Source of the DNA: Amoebidium appalachense
Taxonomy: Eukaryota; Protista; Ichthyosporea
DNA length: 64,000 bases
Assembly (NCBI GenBank): GCA_963693365.1
Contig: CAVNZM010000018.1
Location: 1,710,228 to 1,774,227, forward strand
Direction of reading: 5' to 3'
Shown here: in pieces, positions 1-17,150 of the stretch
Layout of the letters: each line of letters opens with the position of its first letter
Numbering within the stretch: position 1 is the first letter of the stretch
Notes under the pieces: model-generated
What the model was told of the DNA's origin: nothing
Databases searched by the model: none
Seen by the model: the letters and a program-made list of their open reading frames with translations, nothing else
Position numbers and translations under genes: made by a program

Positions 1-157
1 GCAAATGAAATTGTAAACTTCGAACCAATAAAAGTGCATGATAGAGTACGCGAGATCTTCTTTATGGCGCGCACCTGTTGGTGCGTGGTTGGATTGTGTG
101 TGTGTGTGTGTTTGTGTGTGCATGTCTGTATATTTTCTTGTATACATTGGTGTATGA

Positions 158-287
<130 letters not shown>

Positions 288-521
288 CTTTTGTGTATGG
301 AGAAAGGCACAGCGTGCAATTCTGATGGTTTGGGGCTTGGGGTGGGTGTGGTTTACGCTTACCACTATGCAAGAATGAGATGGTGTGTGGGTTTCCTTGT
401 ATGTTTTGTATGAAGGCAGGAATCGAATATCGGCTATGTTGCACGGGTGTGCTGGTGGTGACGGTTTGTGTGTGTGTGTGTTCGTGTGTGTCCGGGCGCA
501 TGCGTTAGGGTGCGTGTGTGT

Positions 522-556
<35 letters not shown>

Positions 557-588
557 CATCAACCTAATGTGTTTCCTTTTCCCCACAG

Positions 589-882
589 CCGTATCTGCGT
601 GCCTGTCACGGTCGCAGAGGTAAGTTTGCTTGTTTATTCCCTTCCCCGCCCCTCCCCCCACCTTCCCCTCCGGCCCTTGTGTGTGTGGTGTGTTTTTTTT
701 TGGGGGGGGGGGAGGGGGGGGCATTAAACATAGATTATGATAGGGGTGCAAAAAAACCAAAAGCCGACGGGGTGAACATGTTGTGCGCATGAGATGGTGC
801 ATGTGTTGAACGTGCCTGCGTGTGTGTGTTTGTTTGTGTACGGGGAGGGGGGCTGCGTCTGTGTGTGTGTTCGCAGAGGAAA

Positions 883-913
<31 letters not shown>

Positions 914-1695
914 CGGGGATTGGAATGAAAAAAGGGGGGGGGGGGGGTTGTGTGTGTGTGTGTTGATGTGCTTGTTTGTGTGCGGGAGTTTGTGTTTGTG
1001 TGTATGTGTTTGTCGATGTTGTGTGTGTGGGGGGGGGGGAGGGGGAGGGGGGGGGGCGGTGCTCGACCAGGAATAAAGAGGGATGACATGGTAATGAGAT
1101 TAAGGCAGGTGGGAGGGGGCATGTATCAGGCCACGGTGAATGGGTGTGCGGGGGCGGGGGGGGGGGGGGGGGGGGGGGGGCTGGTTTGGCGGACACGCGG
1201 GCGTTGATGTATTGGTGTGTAACGTGCCTTTACCCCCTCCCTGCGCATGTTTCTTTTTGGTGACCAAATGCTGTTTTTCTTCATCGTCTAATGTAACTCA
1301 CAACCGTGTTTCTGTCTCACACTCTCTCTACATCCCCCCATCCCCCCTCCCCTCCCCCATTTCCCTCATTCTTCCAACCTTCCAATGCATACATCATCTC
1401 CTCCCATCTCCCCCCCCCCCCCCCCCCTCCCCTGCCTGCACGCTTAAATTGCTTGATTTTGGATTTCCCCACTTTTGTGACGTTTTGTTGCTCTTTGTTG
1501 TCTTTCCATATTTCCAACCCTCTAACGCATACATCACCCCCCCCCCCCCCCCCCCCCCCCCCCGATGGGCTCTGCTCATTGTGCATACTCTTTATGTATG
1601 GCTTGCATTCTGCATCGTGTTAAACGTTTGTTCTTGTGTACTTCGTACTTTTTGACGCATTCAAACCCCCCCCCCTTCTCCCCTCTCCCCCGCCC

Positions 1696-1786
<91 letters not shown>

Positions 1787-3053
1787 CCAAGTGGCGCAGC
1801 TGTACGCGGTCGCCGAAGCCAGCAAGGCAGAGACCGGGGGCGGAGACGGTGTGGAGGTGCGCAAGAATGAACCCTTTGAGAACAAGGAGTACGGGAAGGG
1901 ACAGTACACGTACAAGCTCTACCACCTGCAAAAGTGAGTTCTAACGTTACATTATATATAATTGTATTGTTTTATGTAATGTTTAGGTTTCATTGGATTG
2001 TATCGAGGGTACGTCTCCTTCCTCCCCCCCCCCCCCCCCCCCTCTCAATAATCTCCTTTGCGAACCCTGTGGAGTGTGGTAATTACAGTACACGTCCAAG
2101 CTCTAACACCTGCAAAAGTGAGTTTTGAACGTTGAAGTTTTTTATGTTTAATATATGGTTTAGTGTTAATGTTCATGTTTGATTGGAGGCGGTGTGGAGG
2201 TGCGCAAGAATAAGCCTTTTGAGAACAAGGAGTATGGGAAGGGACAGTACACGTACAAGCTCTACCACCTGCAAAAGTGAGTGCTAACGTTAATAAATTA
2301 TAATAATGTTTCATTTTATTGTTTTATGTAATGTTTAGTTTTCATTGGATTGTAGCGAGCCTTCCCCCCCCCTACACACGCGCGCGCGCACACACAAACT
2401 AATGCATATATCCCCCTCCACCTCCACCTCCCCCTGCCCCCCTTCCAGCAAGGTACCCCGTCTGATCAAGATGATTGCGCCCAAGGGCTCCCTCGTGCTA
2501 CATGAGGAGGCTTGGAACGCCTACCCATACTGCAAGACAGGTATATCCCCACTATATCTCACCCTGTATATCTCCCCTTGAATTCTTACTCATACTTCGA
2601 GACAGGTATATCTCCGTTATCATTATCATTACTATCAGTATCAACGTTGTTGTTGTTATGTTTGTTTTGTTATTTTCCATATTATTATCGCCATGTTCCA
2701 TACTGCCTTCTGTTGATAAGGCACCAACCCCAGGAAGCTAACTCTATCAACCGTAAAGGCTGAGTTATCGATATATCCCCCTGTGTTTCTTCTTTTCTTT
2801 TTCTTTTTCTTTTTGAATTTACTCGCTCCCACGTGGTTGCAGTGTGGAATTTTTGGACTGTTGTCCCCTGAACAGCCCTTTTTTTTTAGGCCAAGACAGG
2901 TTGACCCCTCTAATATCTGATGATGTGTTCTTCATACTCCATAACTCTTTCTACCTCCCCCCCCCCCCTCCCCGCGCTCCTTCCTGGGGCCCTTTCGATG
3001 TGCACCATGTGCTTAGAGCGGTACACAGCTTCCACGTTTACTAACCTACACAT

Positions 3054-3105
<52 letters not shown>

Positions 3106-3214
3106 CACACGTGTGCGCACCATCTCACACACATGCAAACTCACACCCACTCGTATTCATACGTACACGGACGAACACGTTCACCCTGCATGCACACACG
3201 CCCTCTCCATCTCC

Positions 3215-3257
<43 letters not shown>

Positions 3258-3484
3258 AAAACCAAACCACACACATTCCCGGGACCCACTCACCGATGGT
3301 TCTTTTGCTTGGACACACCAGTCTTGACGGTAAGAGTCCACTGTTGTCTTAACTTATTTGCCCTTACTTTTTTCCCCTTCATTTCTTTCTTTGGTGTTTT
3401 TGAGACTAACGCCCCGTCAACCTCTCCACCGAGTTTATTTATTTTCAGTGAGCATCGACCGTGCTTTCCTCCTCCCCCCCCCCC

Positions 3485-3538
<54 letters not shown>

Positions 3539-3545
3539 AGATCCT

Positions 3546-3621
<76 letters not shown>

Positions 3622-3636
3622 TCCCCCTCCCTCCCT

Positions 3637-3710
<74 letters not shown>

Positions 3711-3772
3711 GGCGCCTGTTGTTTTGCTTGTCATTTGTTGTTCTGGTTGATTACCTGTAATCTTCGCTTATT

Positions 3773-3807
<35 letters not shown>

Positions 3808-4799
3808 TGTGCGGGGTTGCACATAGCGGTGTCTACTTTTCTTCTTACTGTTTTTCTCTCCACACACTTCATCTGTCCACTTCTGCATACCCCCTTTCAT
3901 AGCTATAGACACGCTTCACACATTGCGTTACGCGCACGCATGCACACACCACTCTGTTGGCGACAGCTCCCTTGGAACCCATGCGGCATGTTACCCGCCG
4001 GCGTAACATAACTCGGACTATCGGTTTGGCTTTTTTCAAGCCCAAAGCAATGGGTGATACCATTTTTCCGGCTGACATCCGGGGGCATAGCTTTCCGTTC
4101 GAAGACGATAAAGTTCCGCCCTAGTAAGCGTGTTACTACCCTGCGGCGTGGGTCAAATCTCATATTTTCCCCTCTGATTGCGAATTCTGCGGCCTTCGGG
4201 ACTTAATTCTTTTCAGCTGGTGTAGTATGTTAGCCAGGGAAGTATCGACTTAGGTATCGACGGGGGAGCTTCCTTGAAGCCCCGTCCCCTGAGTTCCTAT
4301 CTATATTTTTCTTGCTTCTGCTTACTGCTGCAACTTTAACCCCCGGCCTTCCCCACTGCCCTTGCCTGCATAAGCAAACCTGCTCGTCTCTGATCAAGAC
4401 GGGTGACCTACTCATGTTCAAGTGAAACAGTATCTGAGTTGGGTTTCGTTAACGAGGGGAATAGGTCGAAACTCGGGTACTGTGGATGACGTGGGCCCCC
4501 CCTGAGGATGGGCTCTGCTTATTATGCATACTATTTTGTATGGCTTGCATTCTGCATCGTGTTATCCGTTTGTTCTTGTGTACTTCGTACTTTTTGACCC
4601 ATTTAAACCCCCCCCCCCTCCCCCCCCCCCCCGCGGGCTAAGGGGTCGAAACTCAGACGCAATTGATGACTTGGGCCCTCCCTGAGGATGGGCTCTGCTT
4701 ATGACGCATACTGTGCACATGGCTGATGTTGCATACTTGAATGTTTGCCTTTGCATGCGTCCTTCGTGTATGCGTACTTCGTACCGTGTTCCGCATTCA

Positions 4800-4835
<36 letters not shown>

Positions 4836-4880
4836 TCTGCCCTTGATATAAAACCTTTTTATGAAATCTTTTTTTTTTTT

Positions 4881-4921
<41 letters not shown>

Positions 4922-5408
4922 GATGATGAACTATGGGCCATGAATTTATGCATTTGTGTGGGTATGTGGGAGTATGTTCGTGCGCGCGTGTGTGTGTGTG
5001 CGTTCGCGCTTTCATTTGCGTGTGCGTGCGTGTGCATGTGCCCCCGTGGGGCTTGGATGCCTTTCTGTGTGTTCCCAACACGTGTGTACGTGTGGATGTT
5101 TCCTATCACTAACCCATATCCCCCACACGCAGAACCCCGACTACATGAAAGAAAACTTCCTTATCGAAGTTATCACCTGGCACAAGGAGGGCAAGCCAAC
5201 ACTCCACGATAACGTATATCCTCCCCCCCCCCCCCCCCCCCCCCCCCCCCCTGCAGACTTCTCTTTTTTTTGTGACGTTTTTGTTGATGCTCGTTGTTGT
5301 CTCCTCCATATTTCCAACCCTCTAACGCATACATCCCCCCCCCCCCCCCCCCCCCAAAATAAAAAAAAAAACCAAAAAAACCCCCCCCCAAACACACACA
5401 CGCACAAA

Positions 5409-5476
<68 letters not shown>

Positions 5477-5834
5477 GTCTCTTTATTTTTGGGGGGAGAG
5501 GTTTGAGATTTTTATCGTTGTGCTTCACTGTTGTGTGCTTCTCCATAATTCCAACCCTCTAGTGCATGCATCCCCGCCTCTCTCCCTCCCTCCCCCCCCC
5601 CCCTCCCCCCTCCCCCCGTGCGTACACGAGTGATTGGGTCGAACCTCGGGTACTGAGGATGAATTTGGCCCCCCTGGGGATGGGCTCCGCTTATGAAAAG
5701 GTTTCCCATTCTTTCCTCCTGACGCCACTTGTAAACACATGACGTTGGCAGGTACACACCGCAACAGACGAGTGCACGCAGACGAACAGAGATGGCGGAA
5801 AACACACACACACACGAGAGAGAGAGAGAGAGAA

Positions 5835-5876
<42 letters not shown>

Positions 5877-5895
5877 ATGAGGCCTTACACACAGG

Positions 5896-5939
<44 letters not shown>

Positions 5940-6023
5940 GCACACAGAATCTCATTGTTTTTTTTGTGTTTCTGTTTGCAGAATTATTTTACATGCTGTT
6001 TTTCTAACTCTAAGGTTCCCCAC

Positions 6024-6061
<38 letters not shown>

Positions 6062-6435
6062 CACACACACACACAACAGGTCCACAACCTGAATGCCAAG
6101 GACCTCAAGGCACGTGAGATAGTGTACATCGACATTGCAAACGACCCCGTGGATCCCCGGGATTACAAAGCGGACGAGGACCCGACTAAGTACCACTCGG
6201 AGAAGACCGACCGTGGCCCACTCAAGCCAGCCTGGAAGGTGCGTGTGTTTGCTATGGTTACTAATTATTGGTTACTATTATTGTTGTTATTGTAGTTGTT
6301 GTTATTAGTATTCTATACATACAAACATGCATATGTACACCCACACTTAGTACTTACATTTACACACTCGGAGAAGAAGGCTTCACTCAAGCCGGATGGA
6401 TGGTGGTGAGGGTGGTGAGGGGTCTTTTCTTTTTT

Positions 6436-6472
<37 letters not shown>

Positions 6473-6781
6473 CCCCTGATTGTTTCTTTGTTCTTTGATT
6501 TAGTCTTATGTTATGTGGGTGGGTGGGTGGGTGGATGGGTGTGTGTGGGTGTGGGTGGGTGGGTGGGTGGGTGGATGTGTGTGTGTGTGTGTGTGTGTTT
6601 GTGGGTGTGTGTGTGTGTGATGATAATGATTGGCTCATGCTGACCAATGGGTGAGCAGGAGACCACGGAGCCACTGATGACGTCATACAAGCTTGTGCGC
6701 GTGGAGTTCAAGTGGTTCGGCCTGCAGACACAGGTCGAGAAGGTCATCCAACAGGTGGGTCCACGTGCATGCACACACACA

Positions 6782-6832
<51 letters not shown>

Positions 6833-8425
6833 CGCGAGCAAAATAGCATGCAGAATACACGTGCACACAGACCCACGCACACGAGCATGCAGAAACACGG
6901 GCGCCCACCCGTGCACAGGCATACAGAAACACACGTACACACACACACATGGGCCTAAAGAAATGCATATGCACATACACACAGGCATGCATGCAGAGAC
7001 ACACATGCACACATACATACACATGTGGGCAGACAGAAACACAGGCACGCGTGCATACAGAATCACGCAGAATCACATCGTGCACACACACACGGGCATG
7101 AAGAAGCGTGTACACACAGAGTCGTGCACGGGTACACGTGCACACACGGGCATCCCCCTCAGCCTTTCCCCCCTTTATAACTCGTCTTTCCCATGATTTC
7201 CCCACCTATGCTTTCCCCACCTAAAGTGCACACAGACAGACACATACGACATGACAAACACGTGCACATACATGCACTGCAAAGATGTAAATGTACCTTC
7301 ATTAACAAGCTCTTGTGGGTACACTCACACACACACACACACACGTGCATGGATGATGCATCCGTGTTCGTCTAAAGGTGGGTGGACGGTGGCATGTCTC
7401 AACTTATGTACGCACACACACACACATACACACGGAGACATGTAGACACGTAAATGTTCCTCTACTCTTGCACACACACACACATACACACGGAGACATG
7501 TAGACACGTAAATGTTCCTCTACTCTTGCACAGGCACACACACCCATCAGTGGCTGGACAGTGTGTGTGTACTTTGTATCATGGAACACATTCTAGTCCC
7601 CCGCTCCCCTCAACCCTCACCACACCCATATCTCACCACACACACACTCACACACTGACACTCACACACCCATATCCCACCACACCCACACACACTCACT
7701 CACTCACTCACTCACTCACTCACACTCACACACACACTCACACTCACACTCACACTCACACACACGCATCCAACGTCCTCCCATTCACACACGTACACGC
7801 ACAACCCCCCCCCCCAACACACACACACACACACACACACACGTACCCACTTTTCCCACCCTCGCCCCTGCCCCTCCCATGCACGTACACGTACACGAAC
7901 ACGTACACACACGTACAGGCGGATGAGCGTCTGTTCCGCAACTTCCACCGGCAGCTGTTCTGCTGGCTGGACCGCTGGCACGGCCTGACCATGGAAGACA
8001 TCCGCCGCATAGAGGCAGAGGCTCAGGCAGAGCTCAATAAGGTGTGTGGGTGGGTGTGTTGGGGGGGGGGGGGGGGGGGAGGGGGGGGGGGGAGGGGGGC
8101 ATGTGTGTTACACACACACAGTGTGCAGATGTGTGTGTAGTGGTTTTTTTTTTTTTGGGGGGGGGGGGGGGGATGGGGAGTGCATGTTTGTTTCTCTTCG
8201 TGTGTTTGGGGGGGGGGGGGGGGGGGGGGGGGGCATTGAGGCGGAGGCACGGGCAGAGCTTATTGAGGTGTGTGTCTATGGTGGTGGGGGAGGGGAGTGT
8301 GTGTGTGGGGTGGGTGGGTGTGTGAGTGGGGAGGGGGGGGGGGGGGGGGGGGATCCACGTGTGTGTGCATGTGTCTGGTGTGGGGGCATGTGTGCGGGTG
8401 CGTGTGTGTGTTGTGTGTGGGTGGT

Positions 8426-8466
<41 letters not shown>

Positions 8467-8527
8467 TTTGTGTGTGTCTGATTATTGGGCGTCTGTGCGT
8501 GTGTCTGGTGTTTTGGCGTGTGTGTGT

Positions 8528-8577
<50 letters not shown>

Positions 8578-8879
8578 GGGAGGGCTGGTATTGGGGCGTG
8601 CGTGTGTGTGGGTGTCTGTGGTGGTGGTGGTGGTGGGGCACTTGTGAACACGTGTGGGTACAGGGAAGGGGGGGAATTATGATACCCTCCTGTTGGGGCA
8701 TTGCTTGACAGGTGTTTGGGAAACGTTTGGGGGGGGGAAGGGGGATACACACATGCGTGCTTGTGTATGGCTTTATTCATCCTATTGGTTTCTTATTGCT
8801 GATTGGTCGATTCTTGTCATAGGCACGCCACGAGGCTCCTCTCAGAGGCACGACCGGGGATGCTATGGAGGAGAAATAG
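589..8879 (+). CDS. PITPN: Class I phosphatidylinositol transfer protein (PITP alpha/beta-like), spliced; first exon upstream of the window
   Basis: GT-AG exons 589-619, 1785-1933, 2449-2540, 3322-3329, 5133-5213, 6080-6238, 6659-6754, 7919-8041 and 8823-8879 join in frame. The product is [138 protein letters not shown], which carries the hallmark PITP motifs. AATAAA at 9386. Confidence 0.95.
4463..4745 (+). repeat. Dispersed short repeat (GGTCGAAACTC..GGATGA..GGGCCCCCCTGAGGATGGGCTCTGCTTAT), two copies here, others at ~1563-1660 and ~5635-5695
   Basis: Near-identical 60-100 bp blocks recur four times in PITP introns. Confidence 0.6.
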
Positions 8880-9167
8880 GTCAATGGCTGCTTGTGTGAA
8901 ATAGCCTTATTAGGTTCGTTGGTGTGTTCGGACGACTTGGTGCCCTGTTGATTCTTTAAGGCATGGGTCTGTGTTTGAAGTAGTAGGGTACCACTGGAAA
9001 GTATATATGCTGCACTTTACTGAGAGCTGTTATAGAAAGAGAGAAGAAATGTAGTTGTACCAGTTCGTTTTCGCTCCTTTTTTCTTAGATGGAATTGCCT
9101 TTTTTTTGGTGTGTATGTGTGCATGTGTTTATGTGCATGTGTGTACGTGTGTGTTGTGTGTTGTGTG

Positions 9168-9221
<54 letters not shown>

Positions 9222-10156
9222 TTTGCCAACGACTATTATGTCTGGTGACTTGTGCACGTGTGCCATTGTGTATGTATGTAGTTTCCGCAGATAGGTTTTC
9301 TGCGATCCACCAATAGGAGTGGGTGGTGATGAGCCATATATGGTTATTCACTGAAGTGTGTAAGGGAACGTGTTAAGCTTGATTGAATAAACACACACGT
9401 GCCCCACCCCCTCTTCGTCTCCATCTCAAACCATATGTATTAAATTCTCATGATTTTTTAGTGGTGTGTTGTATAACATAAAATTTGGCTATATTCCTAC
9501 CCTTTTTATTGTTTTATTATACCTTTTCTTACTTTTTTGTTGTTTTATTATACCGATATCCAATACACTAGGGAGGTTAGAAAGTCATCATCTTGTGCAT
9601 GAAAATTTCTGGACTTTGTCGCATGTCATTATTCTATTCTCGGGATAGTCCCACCCCCCTTCCCCCCCCCCCCCCCCCTCCTTCCCCGTGCGGGTCTCCT
9701 CCACCACCACGACCACAACCACGTACCAACGTTAACACCACCGCCAAACTGAGAAGGAAAAAAAAAAAAAAAAAAAAACCCCCCGATTCAATACAGTGTC
9801 ACATACTCTCTCTCCCGGGTAACTGATATAAATTTCAAAAGCTCCATCAATGAACACGGGGTCGACCCGATCGCGATAGACATCAACGGGTCTAAAGTGC
9901 TTGCAATTCCAGTTCTAAGGCTTCATTTTGTATACTAATTAATATTAGTGTGTTACCGTGCATCATATAGCCACTGGTACAAATCACAAATCACAACCAC
10001 AATTAATCACAACGTAATCACCTACAAAGAATTTTTGATTCGTGGCTTCGTGGGGGGGAGGGGGGGAGGGGGGGGGGAGGGGGGGGGGGGGGGGGGGAGG
10101 AAGGGGGGGGGGGGGCGGGACGGGGAGCGGGAACCGGGGGAAGGGGAGGGGGGTGT

Positions 10157-10193
<37 letters not shown>

Positions 10194-10338
10194 GGGGAGG
10201 GGGGGAGGGGGGGGTTATGTAATATGTGTTACAGCGTCAGAAGTGCACATTCACAACGGACAAACCATGATCCGGATTTCCTTTTTTATTAAAAAAAAAC
10301 AAAAAAAAAACACAAAGCGTCCTCCTTACTTTCTTTTT

Positions 10339-10390
<52 letters not shown>

Positions 10391-10465
10391 TGTGTGTCTG
10401 TGTGTGTGTGTGTGTGTGTCTGTGTGTGTGTGTGTGTCTGTGTGTGTGTGTGTGTGTGTGTCTGT

Positions 10466-10579
<114 letters not shown>

Positions 10580-11022
10580 TCATAATGGTTAACAACACAA
10601 TGCACAAGGCAGATGGTTCTGACACCATGGGGGTTTTGAAAGCGTGTTACAGAGTGCAAAAAAACTGTACATCTACGACGGGCAACACACTGCAGATTAC
10701 ACTACACACAAATGAGCATGCATCACATGCACCTCCCACCCTCATGGGGCCAACAGACCATTGAACAGACTACAAAGTATACATTGGCGGCAGAAACTTT
10801 CACACAGCATATATTACAAAGAGCATACATAAAAGACTACACATCACAAGCAGATCCCATCCTCAGGGGGTGTACGAATAGTTCCTTATAAAACCCAAAC
10901 AAACTGTGTACTGGCACCCTCGCCTTACCCCTCTGGAGGAGGACCGCGCTGTCCGCCCAGGCGAGGTGGGCCTTCGGTGGGTGCGGTCGGTTGGGGGGCT
11001 GATGGTGGTGATGTGGGAGAAG

Positions 11023-11353
11023 GCTGAGGGGAGGAAATTTACGTAAGCACATGTTTGTTTCAACTGTGGTATGGTTACACGATTGGAAGGTGGTGGATTT
11101 AGGGGAGAGAGGTAGGATGAGGGGGAGGGGAGGGAGGGGGCTGTATGCAACAAACGGTTGGAATTATGGAGGAGGAGGCACCAAAAGACAAAACATAAAA
11201 CACCACCAACCCTCCCCCCCCCCCCCCCCCCCCCCCCGGAAATCAAACCGTAGGTTAAAAAACCCCCGGAAATCAAACCGTAGGTTAAAAAGCACAGACA
11301 GAAGACGCCTGAATAGAGCCCACCATCAGGAGGGCCGTGGAGGGACACCTGGT

Positions 11354-11395
<42 letters not shown>

Positions 11396-11743
11396 AATTG
11401 CACTTGTCATCAAAATGCACAACGAAAAACAGGGATGGGGGTTCAGAAGGACAGGGGTACACGAACACAAGAGCATGCGGGGGGGGGGGGGGGGGGGGGA
11501 GGGGGGGTATATTACATCCCCTTGTTGAATGAACAACACATTAAAACAGAAGGTGGGCACCATGTTACAGATAAGGAGTGTCCAAACCTGGGATATCCAA
11601 ACACACACACACACAAACGAAAAGGAATCACGAGAAAATAGATTAAAAAGCAAAAAAGTGATGAGAGTGGGATTTCAAGCCACGTCCAGAGAAAAAGCAA
11701 ACGGCTGGAACCTGAACCTAGCGACTTACTCAACCATCTCGTT
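11023..11743 (-). repeat. tRNA-Leu-headed dispersed repeat (SINE-like or segmental copy), copy 1
   Basis: 11023-11700 is collinear with 17515-18030 plus 18780-18997. A tRNA-like head lies at the right end. Confidence 0.7.
11659..11743 (-). pseudogene. Degenerate tRNA-Leu(CAG)
   Basis: Minus strand reads AACGAGATGGTTGAGTAAGTCGCTAGGTT-CAG-GTTCCAGCC..long variable arm..GGACGTGGCTTGAAATCCCACTCTCATCA, followed by a T-tract. The D-loop and T-loop are mutated. Confidence 0.6.
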
Positions 11744-11787
11744 TGCACAGTCGCTCGATCGCAACCACACCCACAACAACAAGACTC

Positions 11788-11859
<72 letters not shown>

Positions 11860-12173
11860 ACCCACCCACCCAAAAAAAAAAAAAAAAAAAGGAGGGGAAA
11901 AAATAAAGAAAAAAATACCGCACACTGGCTACACAGTTCAAACTTGTCAAGCCAATACCGACTTCAGAAGTTGACAGAAAACAGTCACAAGTATGTCATA
12001 GCCCCTTAGCTAAATATTGGCATCTCATATCAAAACAACCCAGGGTAAATGGGTCGACGTGCGCAAAGCCCTTGGAGCAAGCTCCGAAGAGCGTGTAATC
12101 ATGGGTCGAATAAAAATTGTTTAGTTAGACACAACTAACCAAAACAAAAAGAAAACATAAATGAAAAAAAAAG

Positions 12174-12245
12174 TGACGAGTGTGGGATTTGAACCCTCGG
12201 CTGGAAACCCGCACTAGGATCTGACTTTAGTCCCCACACCGGGCC
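12174..12245 (-). pseudogene. tRNA-Leu-like 3' fragment
   Basis: Minus strand GGGTTCAAATCCCACACTCGTCA (B-box/T-arm plus acceptor strand) followed by a T-tract. The 5' half is not recognisable. Confidence 0.4.
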
Positions 12246-12461
12246 AACAAACACACACCACACACCACACACCATCCCCTCAGTCTCCGATCTGTGTAAG
12301 CCCCCTCCCCTTGGCAATTACCATGTACAAAAACCAAAAAGCTTCAATTGTAGTCGATCCGAATCATGAAGTTTGATATTCGTACCCTATCAGTACTATT
12401 GAGTTGTATAAATCCCTGAGAAGAGGAAGAAATGTCGCCGGGGCAACAACCTAAGTGCACG

Positions 12462-12495
<34 letters not shown>

Positions 12496-12970
12496 AAGAA
12501 TGAAAGAGAGGAAGAAATGTCGCCGGGGCAACCAAGTGCACGGGTTGCTTGATGTAGACCAGCAGTTACTGGCACCTTGGGGCCACGCAGCACGACATGG
12601 TGCCTCGTAGAGAAAGTAAACCCTGATATAATCATCACCCGACATCTATGTACGTGATCATGATATACCGCTGAGGGGATATTCCGAGCAAAAACCCCCC
12701 ATACCCGAGACTGGTTTCTCTTTGCCTCGAGTAAACAGCGTAAACCCCGTGCACATATAGCATCACTGATGCGTGTGTGTACATGCAAGCTGCGTATACG
12801 ACACATGGAGATTCTGACCATATGCATCATCGACATTTTCCAGGATTCCCTAAACTTTCATAGCCAGAAAAGTTCCAAATGGGCAACAGCTATGATAGCT
12901 ATATTCTGCTGCAGGGGCGTAAGATTTAGAAAATATTAATCAGTGGCCCACTTTGGAAGTGGGAAGGGGA

Positions 12971-13002
<32 letters not shown>

Positions 13003-13869
13003 GCTGGCTAGTCTGCTTCCGGTCACACCTATTACGTATGCACGTGTACTGCATTTTTGCCAAAATCCATAAGCACTCCTCCACATATGAATTCACAGAA
13101 AGACACATGAACACAGCAATATACGCACAATCACAGACACCATATATGCTGTGAGCTGCCGCCCTACAAATCGTTCGTATGCAACACTATTATATACTTG
13201 CAGGCATCAGATCAGGCTGTGCATTTCATTGAATCGTATGACGGTCACTAACATAACATGAATGTATGCACGACCACAATCACCACATAACTCAGACTCT
13301 GCATAAACCTTGACTAGAAATGTTCGGATTTTACCCCACATTCCAACATTTCCCCCCTACCCACTATTTGCGCACTCACATCTGCATTAGAACGTTTATA
13401 TGACAGAAGAATGACTGTGTTTTTCTGCTGTCCCTGATCGATTCAAAAGCTCTAAGTCTTAATATACAAAAATTTAACAAAACACGACAATCAGTACCCC
13501 TGTTGTGCTGAACGCTCAAACAGACTCCAAACTGTAACGGCCAAGCCCGAATTGGTTAAGTGACAAACATGCATCCCAACTAATAGTATGAACAAACACA
13601 AACAAAAACCAAGAAAAACATTCTAATCGGAAACGACTAACCATACAGGTACATGCAACCTCACAAACAATATTGCCTAATCCACCCATTTAACCAAGAA
13701 AGATCGATTCAGAATTCCGCCACAACACCACCTCAACCAAACATTTCCATTTTGCCTGTATCTGGCAATCATTGCCATTGAATGAAAGCCACACAGAATT
13801 ACAGCAGGGGGGTTTCTTCACAACAGCAATTTTGCAACGTTTAATTGGTTGATTCACATGGATGTAGGT

Positions 13870-16678
<2,809 letters not shown>

Positions 16679-17007
16679 CTGTGTGCCCACAAAACACAAC
16701 AGTAAGCATGCATAGTGAAGTCGTGCCATTTGCACTTTCTGTTATTCTCTTAACCACAAGCTGTTTAAGCGGGAAGTGAATTGTTTGTTCAAAATGAAAA
16801 TACTACCAGACATACACACAGAAAGGAATGCTGGAACAAGGATACCAAACTCCCTTCCCCCTCCCCCACCCCCTCTACACCCCCACCCACCCGAACACCC
16901 CCATCCACCCACTCCCCCCCCCCCCCCCCCCCCAAAAAAAAAAAAAAAAAAGGGTATTTTACCAGTTTGGACATGCGCATCAGAACTCATACAGCCGGCA
17001 CCGCTTG

Positions 17008-17042
<35 letters not shown>

Positions 17043-17150
17043 GAAAAACAAAAATAAGAAAAGAAACCCTCCCCCCACACACACGCCACCACTACACCAG
17101 AAACAGTATTGGTTCAAGGCTAGCACCTCTCGGCTGGGCCATTGCCCATA

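Noticed and set aside
38-60. ATGATAGAGTA as the PITP first exon
   Set aside because: It is not followed by a GT donor, so the first exon is probably upstream of the window.
3960-4460. High-complexity intronic block, possible nested gene or TE fragment
   Set aside because: No recognisable protein or RNA motif in the frames I examined.
10864-11024. Proline-rich minus-strand segment as an extra WIP exon
   Set aside because: The WIP-like gene already stops at 13870, and the apparent acceptor coincides with a repeat edge.
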